64,000 nucleotides of DNA from positions 42,280 through 106,279 of the forward strand of contig CAWEPG010000009.1 of assembly GCA_963810905.1 (NCBI GenBank), in the 5' to 3' direction. The notes under the pieces were generated by a model, which worked only from the letters and a program-made list of their open reading frames with translations, was not told where the DNA came from and ran no database searches. The translations under genes and the position numbers were made by a program. The stretch comes from an uncultured Acidimicrobiia bacterium (lineage in GTDB: Bacteria > Acidobacteriota > Terriglobia > Versatilivoradales > Versatilivoraceae). Positions 1-10,868 of the stretch are shown piece after piece (the first letter of the stretch is position 1; each line of letters opens with the position of its first letter).

Positions 1-1996
1 CATTGGAGAAAACCCCGCAAAGAAGGCCGCAGGGGAAGAGGCCGATTGACGAATGGTTTTACGCCCCGGGCTGGAGATCCTCCTTGCCTGTGGCCGCTGA
101 TTCGCTCAATGCGTCCGACCGCGCCAAAGTATGCATGGTCTTTCGAAGAGACCATCCATTCCACGAAAAGCTGACCAATCGCATCAGGAGAATGGGCCAC
201 CACGTGCTTGAAGTGTTCCCGGCCCAGGGCTTCCACCCGTTGGTCCTGGTAGCTTCGGAATCGATCCATCAGAACCCGCGGACTATTTGCGTTTGCTCGA
301 TGACCTGAAACGGGAAGGCAAAGGTCCGGATCTCGTCGTTCATCTCTGGGGATTGGGGCAGGATGCTCCTGGCAACGCACGTCAAGACGCCGAAGATCTG
401 GCTCTGGAGCTGGAATTCTTTTCCCTTGTCTTTCTCGCCCAAGCATTCGGCGCAGTGGATAATGGCACTCCCGTGGACATCAAGGTCCTTGTGGACGGAA
501 CCGTGGAAGTCGTTGACGAAGGCGTAGCACGTCCCGAGAATGCATTAGCGATGGGACCGTGCATTGTCATTCCACAAGAATTCGACAACATCACCTGTGC
601 GTGCGTCGACCTTGATTTGTCCCTCTCCGGCCCGGGGAGCGAGAGCCGTTTGCTTGACCAGCTAGCCGATGAAATGTCGCTGAAAAGTACCGACCCATTG
701 GTCGCCTACCGGGGGAAATACCGCTGGACCAAGACTTATGATGCGGTCAGGCTGCCCGCATCGCCCGAACCGCCGCCAATGCTGAAGCAAGGAGGGGTCT
801 ATCTCATCACCGGTGGTCTGGGAGGAGTGGGCCTCGAGCTGGCCGATTATCTCGGGAAAACGGTTCAGGCGAAGCTGATCCTCCTTGCCCGGACGCCTCT
901 TCCAGCAAAGAACGCGTGGACGACCTGGCTTTCAGGACATGCTACAGATGACTCGACGTCGCAGAAGATCGCCAGGCTCCGACAGATCGAATTGTACGGC
1001 GCAGAGGTATTCGTGTGCAGCGCCGACATCGCGGACAGCGAGCAGATGCAGGCAGCGGTGATCAGCGCAACTGAAAGGTTTGGGCAAATCGATGGTGTGA
1101 TCCATGCGGCCGGCGTATCCGGCGACGGGGCTATTCAACTCAAGTCCCGCGAAGAGGCAATGGCCGTGCTGCGGGCAAAAGTACACGGCACCCGCGTATT
1201 AGCCGAGGTTCTTTCGGAGCAACATCCGGACTTCCTGGTCCTTTGCTCATCGGTAAACGCTGTGGTCGGCGGCTTTGGCCAAGTGGATTATTGCGCCGCG
1301 AACGCTTTTCTCGATGCGTTTGCACACGCCTACAAGGCGAGCACCGGAACGATGACTATCTCCGTTAACTGGGATATGTGGAGCGATGTCGGAATGGCAT
1401 TCAATACGAACGTGCCGGAGCGTTTGCGGCAGCAGCGATCCATTGATCTAAAATTGGGCATTACGGCAGGTGAGGGGCAGGACGCTTTCGCACGCCTGCT
1501 GAGGTGCGGTATGCCGCAGGTTCTCGTGTCCACCCGCGAGTTTGCGGAAATGCAGTCGAGCCGGCAGGTCATTGCGCCGGTTATTGAAGAAGCCGCCCCG
1601 ACGGCGGCTGAAGTTCGTGCCACAGGCCATCCGCGGCCCGACCTCAATACGCCTTACGTTGCGCCCCAAGACGAAACGGAACGGACGCTGACCAGCATTT
1701 GGCAGCAAGCTCTGGGCATCGACAGGATCGGCGTGCGTGACAATTTCTTCGAATTGGGCGGCGATTCTCTACTGGCTGTTCAGGTGGTTGGCAAGATTCG
1801 GCAGGCCATGAATGTTTCATTGCCGGTGGCAAGGTTCTATGCAGACCCTAGGGTCGCTTCCCTGAAGAAACATCTGAGGAGCAACGGAACAGCCGCGTCG
1901 GAGAAAGGTACGTCAGAGGTTCGTCGCGATGCGCGTCAGCGACTCGGCCTGCGCGCCCAACGCCGCCGGACTTTGGAGGCTGGCGGCGACAGTTGA
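1..1996 (+). CDS. C-terminal part of a type I PKS (KR structural region, ketoreductase, carrier domain); 5'-truncated by the window edge, frameshift near 240
   Basis: ORFs 3..308 and 287..1996 join across a 1-nt shift (...FPAQGF / GPGSFGIDPSEPADYLRLL). KR motifs GGVYLITGGLGGVG, HAAG and YCAAN; carrier motif FFELGGDSL. Confidence 0.92.
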
Positions 1997-2010
1997 AAGG
2001 AATTCACTTT

Positions 2011-5000
2011 ATGGTTTCGGAGCGGGACATTTCTTCGAGCGACATTGCCGTCATCGGCATGAGCGGGCGATTTCCGGGTGCTGCTGGACTGGAGCAGTTC
2101 TGGAGCAATCTCTGTCAAGGGCGAGAGGGTATTCGAGTCATCGCGGATGACGAGCTATTGCGTCACGGGGTTGACCCGCAGGTCTTAGCCGCCAGCGACT
2201 ATGTGAAGGCGGTTGCCGACGTGCATGCAGTCGAGTTCTTCGACAACGGATTTTTCGGCTTCACGCCGCGCGACGCCGAGATCATGGATCCACAGTTGCG
2301 GTTGCTGTTGGAATGCGCATGGTCAACCATTGAACACGCAGGCTATAACCTTGAAGACTACCATGGCGCGATCGGCGTATTTGCCGGAGCGGCGCCCAAT
2401 TCGTATTTCATAGAGAACCTTCTACCCAATCAGGAACTGATGCGAACCTTGGCTGGTCCACTGTCGTCGCTCGCGGTCTTTACGGCGAGCGACGCGTTGA
2501 GCACCATGGTTTCGTTCAAGCTGAACCTGAGGGGACCGAGCCTCACGGTTCAAACCGCCTGTTCCACTTCTCTGGTAGCAGTTCATCTTGCCTGTCAAAG
2601 CCTGCTGAGCCGCGAAAGTGACATGGCGCTGGCCGGAGGGGTCAATCTCAACATACCGCAGGAGCGTGGATACGTTTATCAAAAAGGAATGATTCTCTCT
2701 CCTGACGGCCATTGCCGGCCGTTCGACGCGGACGCCGCCGGAACAGTGTTTGGTGGCGGGGTCGGCCTGGTTCTCCTCAAGCGCCTCGCCGACGCACTGG
2801 CCGACGGGGATTGTGTCCATGCGGTGATCAAGAGTTCGGCAATCAACAACGATGGCTCCACCAAGGCCGGCTTTACGGCCCCGAGCGTCGTCGGACAGTC
2901 GGCGGCCATCGCGGACGCGCTGGCGCTGGCCGATGTGCCAGCTGATTCCATCACCTACGTGGAGGCCCATGGCACGGGCACGCCGCTGGGTGACCCGATC
3001 GAAGTCGAGGCGCTGACAAGGGCATTCCGGCAGAGCACGCAACGGAATTCGTATTGCGGCATCGGATCGGTAAAAAGCAACATCGGGCATCTGGACCGAG
3101 TCGCGGGGGTCGCGTCCCTCATCAAGACGATTCTTTCGCTCGAGCGTGGGCAGATTCCAGCCACTCTGCACTTTAAACGGCCGAATCCCAATATCGATTT
3201 TGATGCTACCCCATTTTATGTGGTGGACAGACTGACGGAGTGGAAGTCGGATAACGGGCCGAGACGGGCAATCGTCAACTCGGTCGGATTCGGTGGCACG
3301 AACGCCTGTGTGGTCCTTGAGGTGCCACCTCCGGTACGGGCTTCGGGCGCTTCTCGGCCTTATCAACTCCTGTCGCTCTCTGCGCGAACCGAATCCGCGC
3401 TCGAAGAAGCAACTCAAAACCTGGCGCAACATTTCGCAGAAAATCCCTCAACTTGCCTCGGCGATGCGGCTTATACGCTGCACATTGGCCGTAACCCGCT
3501 CGATTTCAGGCGCGTCGCAGTTTGCAGGGACGTTGCAGACGCGGCGAAGAAGCTCGTGTCACCGGACGAGAAAGGGGTGTTCACCGGCCGACGGGCGGGT
3601 GCCGCGCCGTCGGTCGTGTTCATGTTCCCCGGACAGGGAGCGCAATACGCGGGCATGGGCGCCGAGCTATATCGAACCGAACCCTTTTTCCGGGCCGAAG
3701 TGGATCGGTGCACCAAAGTGCTTCAGCCGATCCTCAAGAGCGATCTTCGTGCGCTGCTGTTTCCCGCTCCAGGCTTGGAAGAAGACGCCGGACAGCGACT
3801 CCTGCAAACCCGGCTTACGCAGCCCGCGCTGTTTGTAATTGAGTATGCGCTGGCCAAGCTCTGGATGTCGTGGGGCATCCAACCGACGGCGATGATCGGC
3901 CACAGTGTGGGCGAGTATGTGGCGGCGTGCCTGGCAGAGGTCTTCACGCTCGAGGATGCTCTTTCTCTGGTGGCCGAACGCGCATCGCTGGTGCAGGCGC
4001 AGCCAAGCGGGGCGATGCTGTCGGTCCGCTTGCCGGAAAAGGATGTCTTGCCGTTACTCGACTCGCAGCTAGCGATCGCCGCCATCAACTCGCCAAATTT
4101 GTGTGTGGTCTCTGGCCCATACCAAGCCATTGACCGACTCGAGAAGCAGCTTGAGTCGCGGGGGGTTATGGCCCGGCGTCTTCACACTTCACACGCATTT
4201 CACTCACCGATGATGGAACCCGTCTTGGCGCCTTTCACCGAACGACTGCGCTGCATGAAGTTCGGCGAGCCGTGCATTCCGTACGTGTCCAATGTGACCG
4301 GGACCTGGATTACGGTCAAGCAGGCCACGTCTCCTGAGTACTGGGCCGGTCACGTGCGGCAGACCGTGCGGTTTGCCGAAGGGGTTGCGGCACTCTGCGC
4401 CGACGCGTCGCGGTTGTTCCTGGAAGTCGGCCCCGGTCAGACCCTGGGTCAGATGGTTCGCCAACATCCAGGGAAGCAAGCTGATACCGTCGTGCTCGCA
4501 TCTCTCAGTGCCTCGCGTGATGCCTCCGGAGATATGCAGGCGATTCTCGAAGCACTGGGCAAAGCATGGGTTTTCGGCGTTGCAGTGGACTGGCGTGCAT
4601 TCTACTTGAACGAAGAGCGTTGCCGTGTGCCGCTTCCGACGTATCCCTTCGAAAAAAGGAAATTCTGGCTGGAGCCGCCTCGAGTTGCTCCCGCGATGGT
4701 CGCGTCCGCGGAGACGCCTAAGACAGTGGACGGGTCGATCAAGGGGGCGATGGAGAAAGCGACCACCGGTCGGCCGGATGCGAGCCGGCATGAAGATCGT
4801 GAATCGGAGCCGGCCTTGCCATTGCGCGTTGAACGCATCGCACAGAAGCTTCAGGGAATCCTCCAGGAACTGTCGGGCGTTCGTCCTTCTGATGTGGACG
4901 AATCAGCTACATTCCTGGAAATGGGTTTCGACTCGCTCTTTCTAGCGCAATTCAGCCGAAGGCTCGAGACCGAGTTCGGCGTCTCGGTAGACTTCAGCCA

Positions 5001-8000
5001 GTTGGCCGACCAACTAGCGACCTTGAGCGCGCTCTCCCGTCACCTGGATCTCAAACTGCCAGCAGGCGCGACGGTCGAGCTTAAACCGAACAGTTGGGTT
5101 AGCGCAGTAGGAGGTCAAGTGGGAGCAGGGTCACGATCCGCGCGCATCGGGGAACGGCTTCGGCAGATCCTCCAAGGGCTCTCCGGCATCAGCCAATCCG
5201 ACTTATCGAGTTCGGCGACTTTCCTCGAAATGGGTTTCGACTCGCTCTTCTTGGCGGGGCTCAGCCGGAAACTCGAGGCGGAATTCGGTATCCCTGTGAA
5301 TTTCGGCCAGCTGGCCGACTTCAGTCTGGAGGGTCTCTCCCTTCACCTTGATCAGGCACTGCCGCCGGGCGCTGGCCCGAGCCTGCCAGCAAAGGGAGGA
5401 AGCAGCTCCACCGCTGCTGTCAGCAGTCCAGTAATAGAACAATTGCAGGAACAGATCAGGGTGTTGACGCAGCAGGTGAAAATGCTGAGCAATGGCCGGT
5501 CGGGGGGACAACCGCAGGATCTCAAGATTGCCGGTTCGCCGGCATCGACCCCGACCGAAGAAGCGCAAATAGTAACGCTGCCGATCACGGCCGGCCAGCG
5601 AGAAATCTGGCTCGCTTCAAACTTGGCAGACGATGCTTCGCGTGCTTACAACGAAGTGGTTGTGATTCGCCTCCGAGGGGCTCTGCATGTCGGCACGCTT
5701 CACGTATCCCTTCAGGATTTGGTGGACCGGCATGATTCGTTACGCGTAACAATTTCGGCAGATGGGGAGCAACAGTTGATCCATCCGAAACGTCTGCAGG
5801 AATTGCCTCTTGTTGACCTTTCTGAACTGGCGGCACCCGAACGGGAGTCGCGTGTTCGAGAGATCATCGATCAGCACAACCAAACACTGTTCGACCTCGT
5901 CAACGGGCCGCTCATGAAAGCGCGTCTCGTTCGGCTGAATGCAGATGACCATGTGCTGCTCCTCGCTTTCCACCACGTCGTCATCGATGGTTGGTCAACG
6001 CACGTCGTTGTATCGGACTTGAGTTGGTTGTATTCGGCCAAGATCAGAGGCGGCGCGGGTGACCCAACGCCTTCGATGCAGTATCGAGATTACGTCAAGT
6101 GGTACTACGAACCTGAAACCGCACGAAAACGAGAGAGGGATGGGCAATATTGGTCAAAGTCCTTCGCGGATCTGCCGGCCTCCGTCGAACTGCCATCCGA
6201 AGGACCCCGGCCTTCGCAGCGCTCTTATCGCGCCGGAAACGCCAATATTGTCATCGATGGAGAATTGTATCTTCATCTCAAGAAAGTCAGCGCGAAGTCA
6301 AGTTGCACTCTGTTTCATTTCCTCCTGGCCACGTTCAATGTCTGGGTGCGTCGCATCACAGAGCAGCACGACGTCGTGGTTGGAGTGCCGATCGCCGGTC
6401 AGTTGGCCGCGAATCTCCAGCACATTGCCGGATGCGAAAGGCTTGTTGGTCACTGTGCCAACATAGTTCCAATCCGGTCGGAGGTAAGTGATACCGCAAA
6501 ATTTATCGATTTTCTCGCAGATATCAAACGGAAGGTATTGGAGGCCAGGGCGCACGAGGGTTTCACCTACGGCGAATTGGTTCAGAAGCTCAATCCGCCG
6601 CGTGATTCCAGTCGCGGGCCGTTCGTTTCCGTCACCATAAACCTGAATGACGAACCCAAAGTCCACTGGGATGAATTGAAGGTGGCAGTAGAAGTTCCAC
6701 CCCTGGCCTGCATCTTTTTTGATCTGGAAATCAATATATGGGAGAGTTCGAACGGTCTGCGCATTGCTTGTTATTACGCGGATGACCTCTTCGATTCGGA
6801 AACCGTGAAGAGCTGGCTCTTGCAGTGGAAGACATTAATGGTAAGCGCCGCGGAAACGCCCCTCAGCCAGCTTGACGAACTGGAACTGCTGGGAAAAGCA
6901 GAACGCGATCGGATTATAGTTGAGTGGAACGACACAGCCACTGCCTTTCCTCGGGACAAGTGTATCCACCAATTCTTCGAGGAACAGGTCGAGCGCACGC
7001 CGAACCAGGCCGCCGTCGTGTTCAATGATCAGCGATTGACCTATCGCGAATTGAATCAGAGGGCGAATCAACTGGCGCATTATCTCCGCAGCCGCGGTGT
7101 CGGTCCCGAAGTCCTCGTCGGAATCTGCATGGAGCGCTCCATCGAGATGGTGGTGGGCGTGTTGGGCATTCTCAAGGCGGGAGCGGGGTATATGCCGTTA
7201 GACCCAGGGTCCCCCCTGTCGCGGTTGGTATTCATCTTGGAGGACGCCCAGGTGTCGCTGCTCTTGACGCAAGCCCGGCTGGTCAAGCAACTGCCGGCGC
7301 ATGGCGTCCAACTTGTGCGGATGGATGCGGATGGGGGCGCCATAGCTGCCGAGAGCCAGGCGAATCCGCTCGCGCGGAGCTCGCCGCAGAACTTGGCTTA
7401 TGTGCTGTACACGTCGGGCTCGACGGGGCAACCGAAGGGGGTGGCGATCGAGCATCGTAATGCCGTAGCTTTCATCCATTGGGCCCAGGAAGCCTATAGT
7501 CCAGCGGATCTGGCTGGGGTGCTTTTTTCAACATCCCTGTGCTTCGATTTATCGGTGTTTGAAATATTCGTGACATTGAGTACAGGCGGGTGTGTGATTG
7601 GGGCGGAGAATGCACTGGAGCTGAAGCGGCTACCGGCGGCGGAAAAGGTGACGCTGATCAATACCGTGCCGTCAGTGATCGCTGAGTTGGTGCGGCAGGG
7701 AGGCTGGCCGGCGCGAATGCGGACCGTGAACCTCGCCGGTGAACCGCTGTCGAATAAACTGGCGCAGTTGGTTTACGCCCAGAGTACCGTTCAGCATGTC
7801 TACAACCTGTACGGACCGACGGAAGACACGACGTACTCGACCTGGGTGCGGGTAGAGAAAGGGGCGAGCCAAGAGCCCATGATCGGCCGCCCGATCTCGA
7901 ATGGCCAGGCGTATGTTTTGGATCGGCAGCTACAGCCGGTGCCGGTGGGAATAGCGGGGGAACTGTACCTTGGGGGAGCGGGATTAGCGCGTGGCTATTG

Positions 8001-8691
8001 GAAGCGACCAGACTTGACCGCTGAGCGGTTCGTCATCAATCCCTTCAGTACCGATCCGGCTGCCCGGCTATACAAGACGGGGGACTGGGCGCGTTATCGG
8101 GCGGATGGAAACATCGAATTTTTGGGTCGTATCGATCAGCAAGTCAAGATTCGAGGATTCCGGATCGAGCTGGGGGAGATCGAGAGCGTATTGCGCAGCC
8201 ACTCGGGAGTACGCGAAGCGGTGGTCGGTGTAGTGGCGCGGGACCAGGAAGAAAAGCAACTGGTGGCGTACGTGGTTGCGGCGGGGGAGGCGGCGTGGAC
8301 GAGTGCCGAATTGCGCGACTACTTGAAACAGAAACTGCCTGACTATATGGTGCCCACGACGTACGTAATGCTTGAAAGGTTGCCGTTGACGCCGAATGGC
8401 AAGATTGATCGCAAGGCGCTGCCCGCGCCTGAACGCTCGGACTCCGATGAGGCGACATACGTCGCCCCGCGCACACCCATCGAAAAGATCCTGGCCGGCA
8501 TCTGGACCGAGGTGCTGCGACTCGATCAGGTGGGCATCAAGGACAACTTCTTCGAGTTGGGTGGGCACTCGTTGCTGGCCATGCAGCTTATTTCGCGGAT
8601 TCGTGGGGTACTCGGCGTAGATGTTCCGTTGCGTAACCTGTTCGAGACGCCGACCGTGGCTGGATTCGCTGAGTACATTGAAGCAATCTGA
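2011..8691 (+). CDS. Hybrid PKS-NRPS: KS-AT-ACP-ACP-C-A-PCP, no thioesterase
   Basis: KS TACSTS/HGTGT/NIGH; AT GHSVG and HAFH (malonyl type); two GFDSL ACPs; C domain HHVVIDG; A domain YTSGSTGQPKG and YGPTE; PCP LGGHSL. ATG at 2011 follows AAGGA. Confidence 0.96.
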   Translation: MVSERDISSSDIAVIGMSGRFPGAAGLEQFWSNLCQGREGIRVIADDELLRHGVDPQVLAASDYVKAVADVHAVEFFDNGFFGFTPRDAEIMDPQLRLLLECAWSTIEHAGYNLEDYHGAIGVFAGAAPNSYFIENLLPNQELMRTLAGPLSSLAVFTASDALSTMVSFKLNLRGPSLTVQTACSTSLVAVHLACQSLLSRESDMALAGGVNLNIPQERGYVYQKGMILSPDGHCRPFDADAAGTVFGGGVGLVLLKRLADALADGDCVHAVIKSSAINNDGSTKAGFTAPSVVGQSAAIADALALADVPADSITYVEAHGTGTPLGDPIEVEALTRAFRQSTQRNSYCGIGSVKSNIGHLDRVAGVASLIKTILSLERGQIPATLHFKRPNPNIDFDATPFYVVDRLTEWKSDNGPRRAIVNSVGFGGTNACVVLEVPPPVRASGASRPYQLLSLSARTESALEEATQNLAQHFAENPSTCLGDAAYTLHIGRNPLDFRRVAVCRDVADAAKKLVSPDEKGVFTGRRAGAAPSVVFMFPGQGAQYAGMGAELYRTEPFFRAEVDRCTKVLQPILKSDLRALLFPAPGLEEDAGQRLLQTRLTQPALFVIEYALAKLWMSWGIQPTAMIGHSVGEYVAACLAEVFTLEDALSLVAERASLVQAQPSGAMLSVRLPEKDVLPLLDSQLAIAAINSPNLCVVSGPYQAIDRLEKQLESRGVMARRLHTSHAFHSPMMEPVLAPFTERLRCMKFGEPCIPYVSNVTGTWITVKQATSPEYWAGHVRQTVRFAEGVAALCADASRLFLEVGPGQTLGQMVRQHPGKQADTVVLASLSASRDASGDMQAILEALGKAWVFGVAVDWRAFYLNEERCRVPLPTYPFEKRKFWLEPPRVAPAMVASAETPKTVDGSIKGAMEKATTGRPDASRHEDRESEPALPLRVERIAQKLQGILQELSGVRPSDVDESATFLEMGFDSLFLAQFSRRLETEFGVSVDFSQLADQLATLSALSRHLDLKLPAGATVELKPNSWVSAVGGQVGAGSRSARIGERLRQILQGLSGISQSDLSSSATFLEMGFDSLFLAGLSRKLEAEFGIPVNFGQLADFSLEGLSLHLDQALPPGAGPSLPAKGGSSSTAAVSSPVIEQLQEQIRVLTQQVKMLSNGRSGGQPQDLKIAGSPASTPTEEAQIVTLPITAGQREIWLASNLADDASRAYNEVVVIRLRGALHVGTLHVSLQDLVDRHDSLRVTISADGEQQLIHPKRLQELPLVDLSELAAPERESRVREIIDQHNQTLFDLVNGPLMKARLVRLNADDHVLLLAFHHVVIDGWSTHVVVSDLSWLYSAKIRGGAGDPTPSMQYRDYVKWYYEPETARKRERDGQYWSKSFADLPASVELPSEGPRPSQRSYRAGNANIVIDGELYLHLKKVSAKSSCTLFHFLLATFNVWVRRITEQHDVVVGVPIAGQLAANLQHIAGCERLVGHCANIVPIRSEVSDTAKFIDFLADIKRKVLEARAHEGFTYGELVQKLNPPRDSSRGPFVSVTINLNDEPKVHWDELKVAVEVPPLACIFFDLEINIWESSNGLRIACYYADDLFDSETVKSWLLQWKTLMVSAAETPLSQLDELELLGKAERDRIIVEWNDTATAFPRDKCIHQFFEEQVERTPNQAAVVFNDQRLTYRELNQRANQLAHYLRSRGVGPEVLVGICMERSIEMVVGVLGILKAGAGYMPLDPGSPLSRLVFILEDAQVSLLLTQARLVKQLPAHGVQLVRMDADGGAIAAESQANPLARSSPQNLAYVLYTSGSTGQPKGVAIEHRNAVAFIHWAQEAYSPADLAGVLFSTSLCFDLSVFEIFVTLSTGGCVIGAENALELKRLPAAEKVTLINTVPSVIAELVRQGGWPARMRTVNLAGEPLSNKLAQLVYAQSTVQHVYNLYGPTEDTTYSTWVRVEKGASQEPMIGRPISNGQAYVLDRQLQPVPVGIAGELYLGGAGLARGYWKRPDLTAERFVINPFSTDPAARLYKTGDWARYRADGNIEFLGRIDQQVKIRGFRIELGEIESVLRSHSGVREAVVGVVARDQEEKQLVAYVVAAGEAAWTSAELRDYLKQKLPDYMVPTTYVMLERLPLTPNGKIDRKALPAPERSDSDEATYVAPRTPIEKILAGIWTEVLRLDQVGIKDNFFELGGHSLLAMQLISRIRGVLGVDVPLRNLFETPTVAGFAEYIEAI

Positions 8692-9974
8692 CCAGACCGA
8701 TATTTTGTACCAATCCTTGTGAGACACATTACATCACTGATGGGTCCTGGAATTCTGTACCAGGGTTAGAGTGAGTCTTGCGGGTTTTTGAGGCCCTTGA
8801 GATCGCGGCTAGCGGCGATCTCGAAGGGCAAACTGGTGCGGTGTCCGCTCCCCCAGAGCCCTGTGAGGGCGACTCTCATTGTACTCCCTCCGCCAAGCCT
8901 CGATGATCTCCTTAGCCTCTTCCAGGGTTGTGAACCAATGCGTGTTCAGGCACTCGTCCCGGAACGTCCCGTTGAACGACTCGATATGCCCAATGTCGGT
9001 TGGCTTTCCCGGCCGAGAAATACAATGTTTACTCCATTTTGATACGCCCACATGTCTACAATCTGACTTGCAAACTTGCTGCCGTCGCAGAACAGCCGCT
9101 TCGGCACTCCTCGCTCTTACTGAATCCTCTGCAGAACCCGCACCACTTCTTCCCCTCGCATACTCTGCGCCGAGTTCGATCGCCAAACTTTCTCGGCGTA
9201 TAAACGTCCACTACGGTCAGCGCTCGGAAGAAACGCGTCGACCGTCGGCCAGTTGGTCCACGACAAAATCCAGACTCTAGACTTGGTTGGCTGTCGACGG
9301 CTTGATTCGATCTCTGCGTTCTACTGCCACTCGCCTTTTCCTCGGCACCGTCGCCCGTAGCGTCAGCCCCTCTTCCCGATAGATTCGTCGCACCAATGAC
9401 TTGCCTACCGACCAGCCTTCCTGCTGTAGCAGGACCAGGATCTTTCGACACCCAGCGCACCCGGGCTGCCGCCATCTCCCGCATTGTCATCCGCAGTTCG
9501 GTATGAGGGTCTTTTTGGCTTTGATAGCGAAACGTCCCTCGGTTCAACTGCATCACCACGCAGGCTCGCCGCTCGCTGATGTAGTAGCCCCCACGCAGGT
9601 ACTCTACAACCTGGCGGCATCGCGGAGGCTTCAGAATTTTTTTGCCCAGCACGTCCTGCAACATCGTCTTATCCAATAGCAACTCCGCCATGTAGCTTCA
9701 GCCGTGTATTCTCCTTCTCCAGATCCTTCACCCGCTTGGCCTGCTCCACCTTTAACCCTCCAAATTCCTTCCGCCACCGATAGTAGGTCTGCGTATGGAT
9801 CCCTACCTCCTTACAAGCCTGCGGGGCCGTCTTCCCATTTCCCAAAAGCACTTCCACCTGTTGTAACATCGTGACCACTTGCTCGGGTTTGTACTACTGT
9901 ATTGGCATAACCTCTTCCCTCCTTCATGAGATGATCTTTCACTTCGGTAGGTACAAAAACACCCGGCTTGGTCA
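8689..9974 (-). mobile_element. Degenerate IS3-family (IS407-like) insertion sequence
   Basis: OrfA HTH (QTYYRWRKEFGGL, ENTRLK) with an internal stop. OrfB fragments in several frames (SERRAC, FRALTVVD, IESFNGTFRDECLN, WRREYNESRPH). A7 slippery site near 9640. Imperfect terminal IRs at 8689-8712 and 9950-9974. Confidence 0.9.
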
Positions 9975-10417
9975 CCCATCTATAGCTCCAATTCTTGGTC
10001 CGCTTTCTAAAAGCCCACCTAGGCAAAGCGCCTCAATACAATCACCACCGATAAGACAAATCCGGTATAGGTCTCCACCACCGGGATTGGGATTGGGCGA
10101 CCTCTTCTCGAATGGCATCGCCGCTCTCCCCGTTAGTCTCAATTCCCCTTCCTTTCCGCCAAAAATCGCTCTAATTTCTCCTCGCGCTGTTCTGTCTCTC
10201 CTCAGCTTGTTGAGATCCCACTTTAATTTAAACAAGTTAGGGTAAAAGCAGCCCCCTAATTTCGGAATTCAGGGATTCATGTTTCCTCCAACACTGTTCA
10301 AACTCGCCTAGAAGAAAGCGAGAATGCAGAAAAATTCGAAGGAAAAGGGGCTGACCGGCCTGGGTGAGTGGACTGGACTAGGAACTCCTCGAAAGTGAGT
10401 TTCAGTGTCACCATCGA

Positions 10418-10550
10418 GGCAACACTGTTTATGGAAAGTCCGCGCTGCCATTTTTCTTCTTGAGGAAGGGTCCTACCCTGTAACTGACGATGTTCTGGCT
10501 GTTGTCGAGGAAGGGACGGGGTTCACGGGTCTGACTGCTCTTCCATAAAC
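10418..10550 (+). pseudogene. Possible eroded fragment of an HprK-related kinase
   Basis: GNTVYGKSAL...LRKG (Walker A-like) followed after a frameshift by VTDDVLAV, the layout of GKST...LxDD in this family. Confidence 0.35.
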
Positions 10551-10868
10551 ATTTGATCCAATACGCTACCAGAGGTGGGGAATAACAATCTGCATACGTG
10601 GCCCCGAGGGATCAAGAAGCTGAAATCCCACTTTGCTTCGAGAGAAAATAAATCTGTTATTTGTTGCTCGGGGGTTCTTTTAGGGAGACTGTATTTCTCA
10701 ATCCCATTCACTCAGAGTGTGGGGAGTAGGCTACAGAGCTCACCTGATTCTCACCGGCTCCCTCAGTGCATGCTTCATCAACCGGACCGTGCTCATGGCC
10801 GGGGTGTGGGAGATTAGATTTACCCCATGAGCGCACCGATAAGCCTGTCGGGAACTCGCTTTTCTAAC

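Noticed and set aside
2422-8729. Long antisense and alternate-frame ORFs over the PKS-NRPS (for example 2422..3432 and 8068..8727)
   Set aside because: Shadow ORFs expected from GC-rich codon bias; no recognisable motifs.
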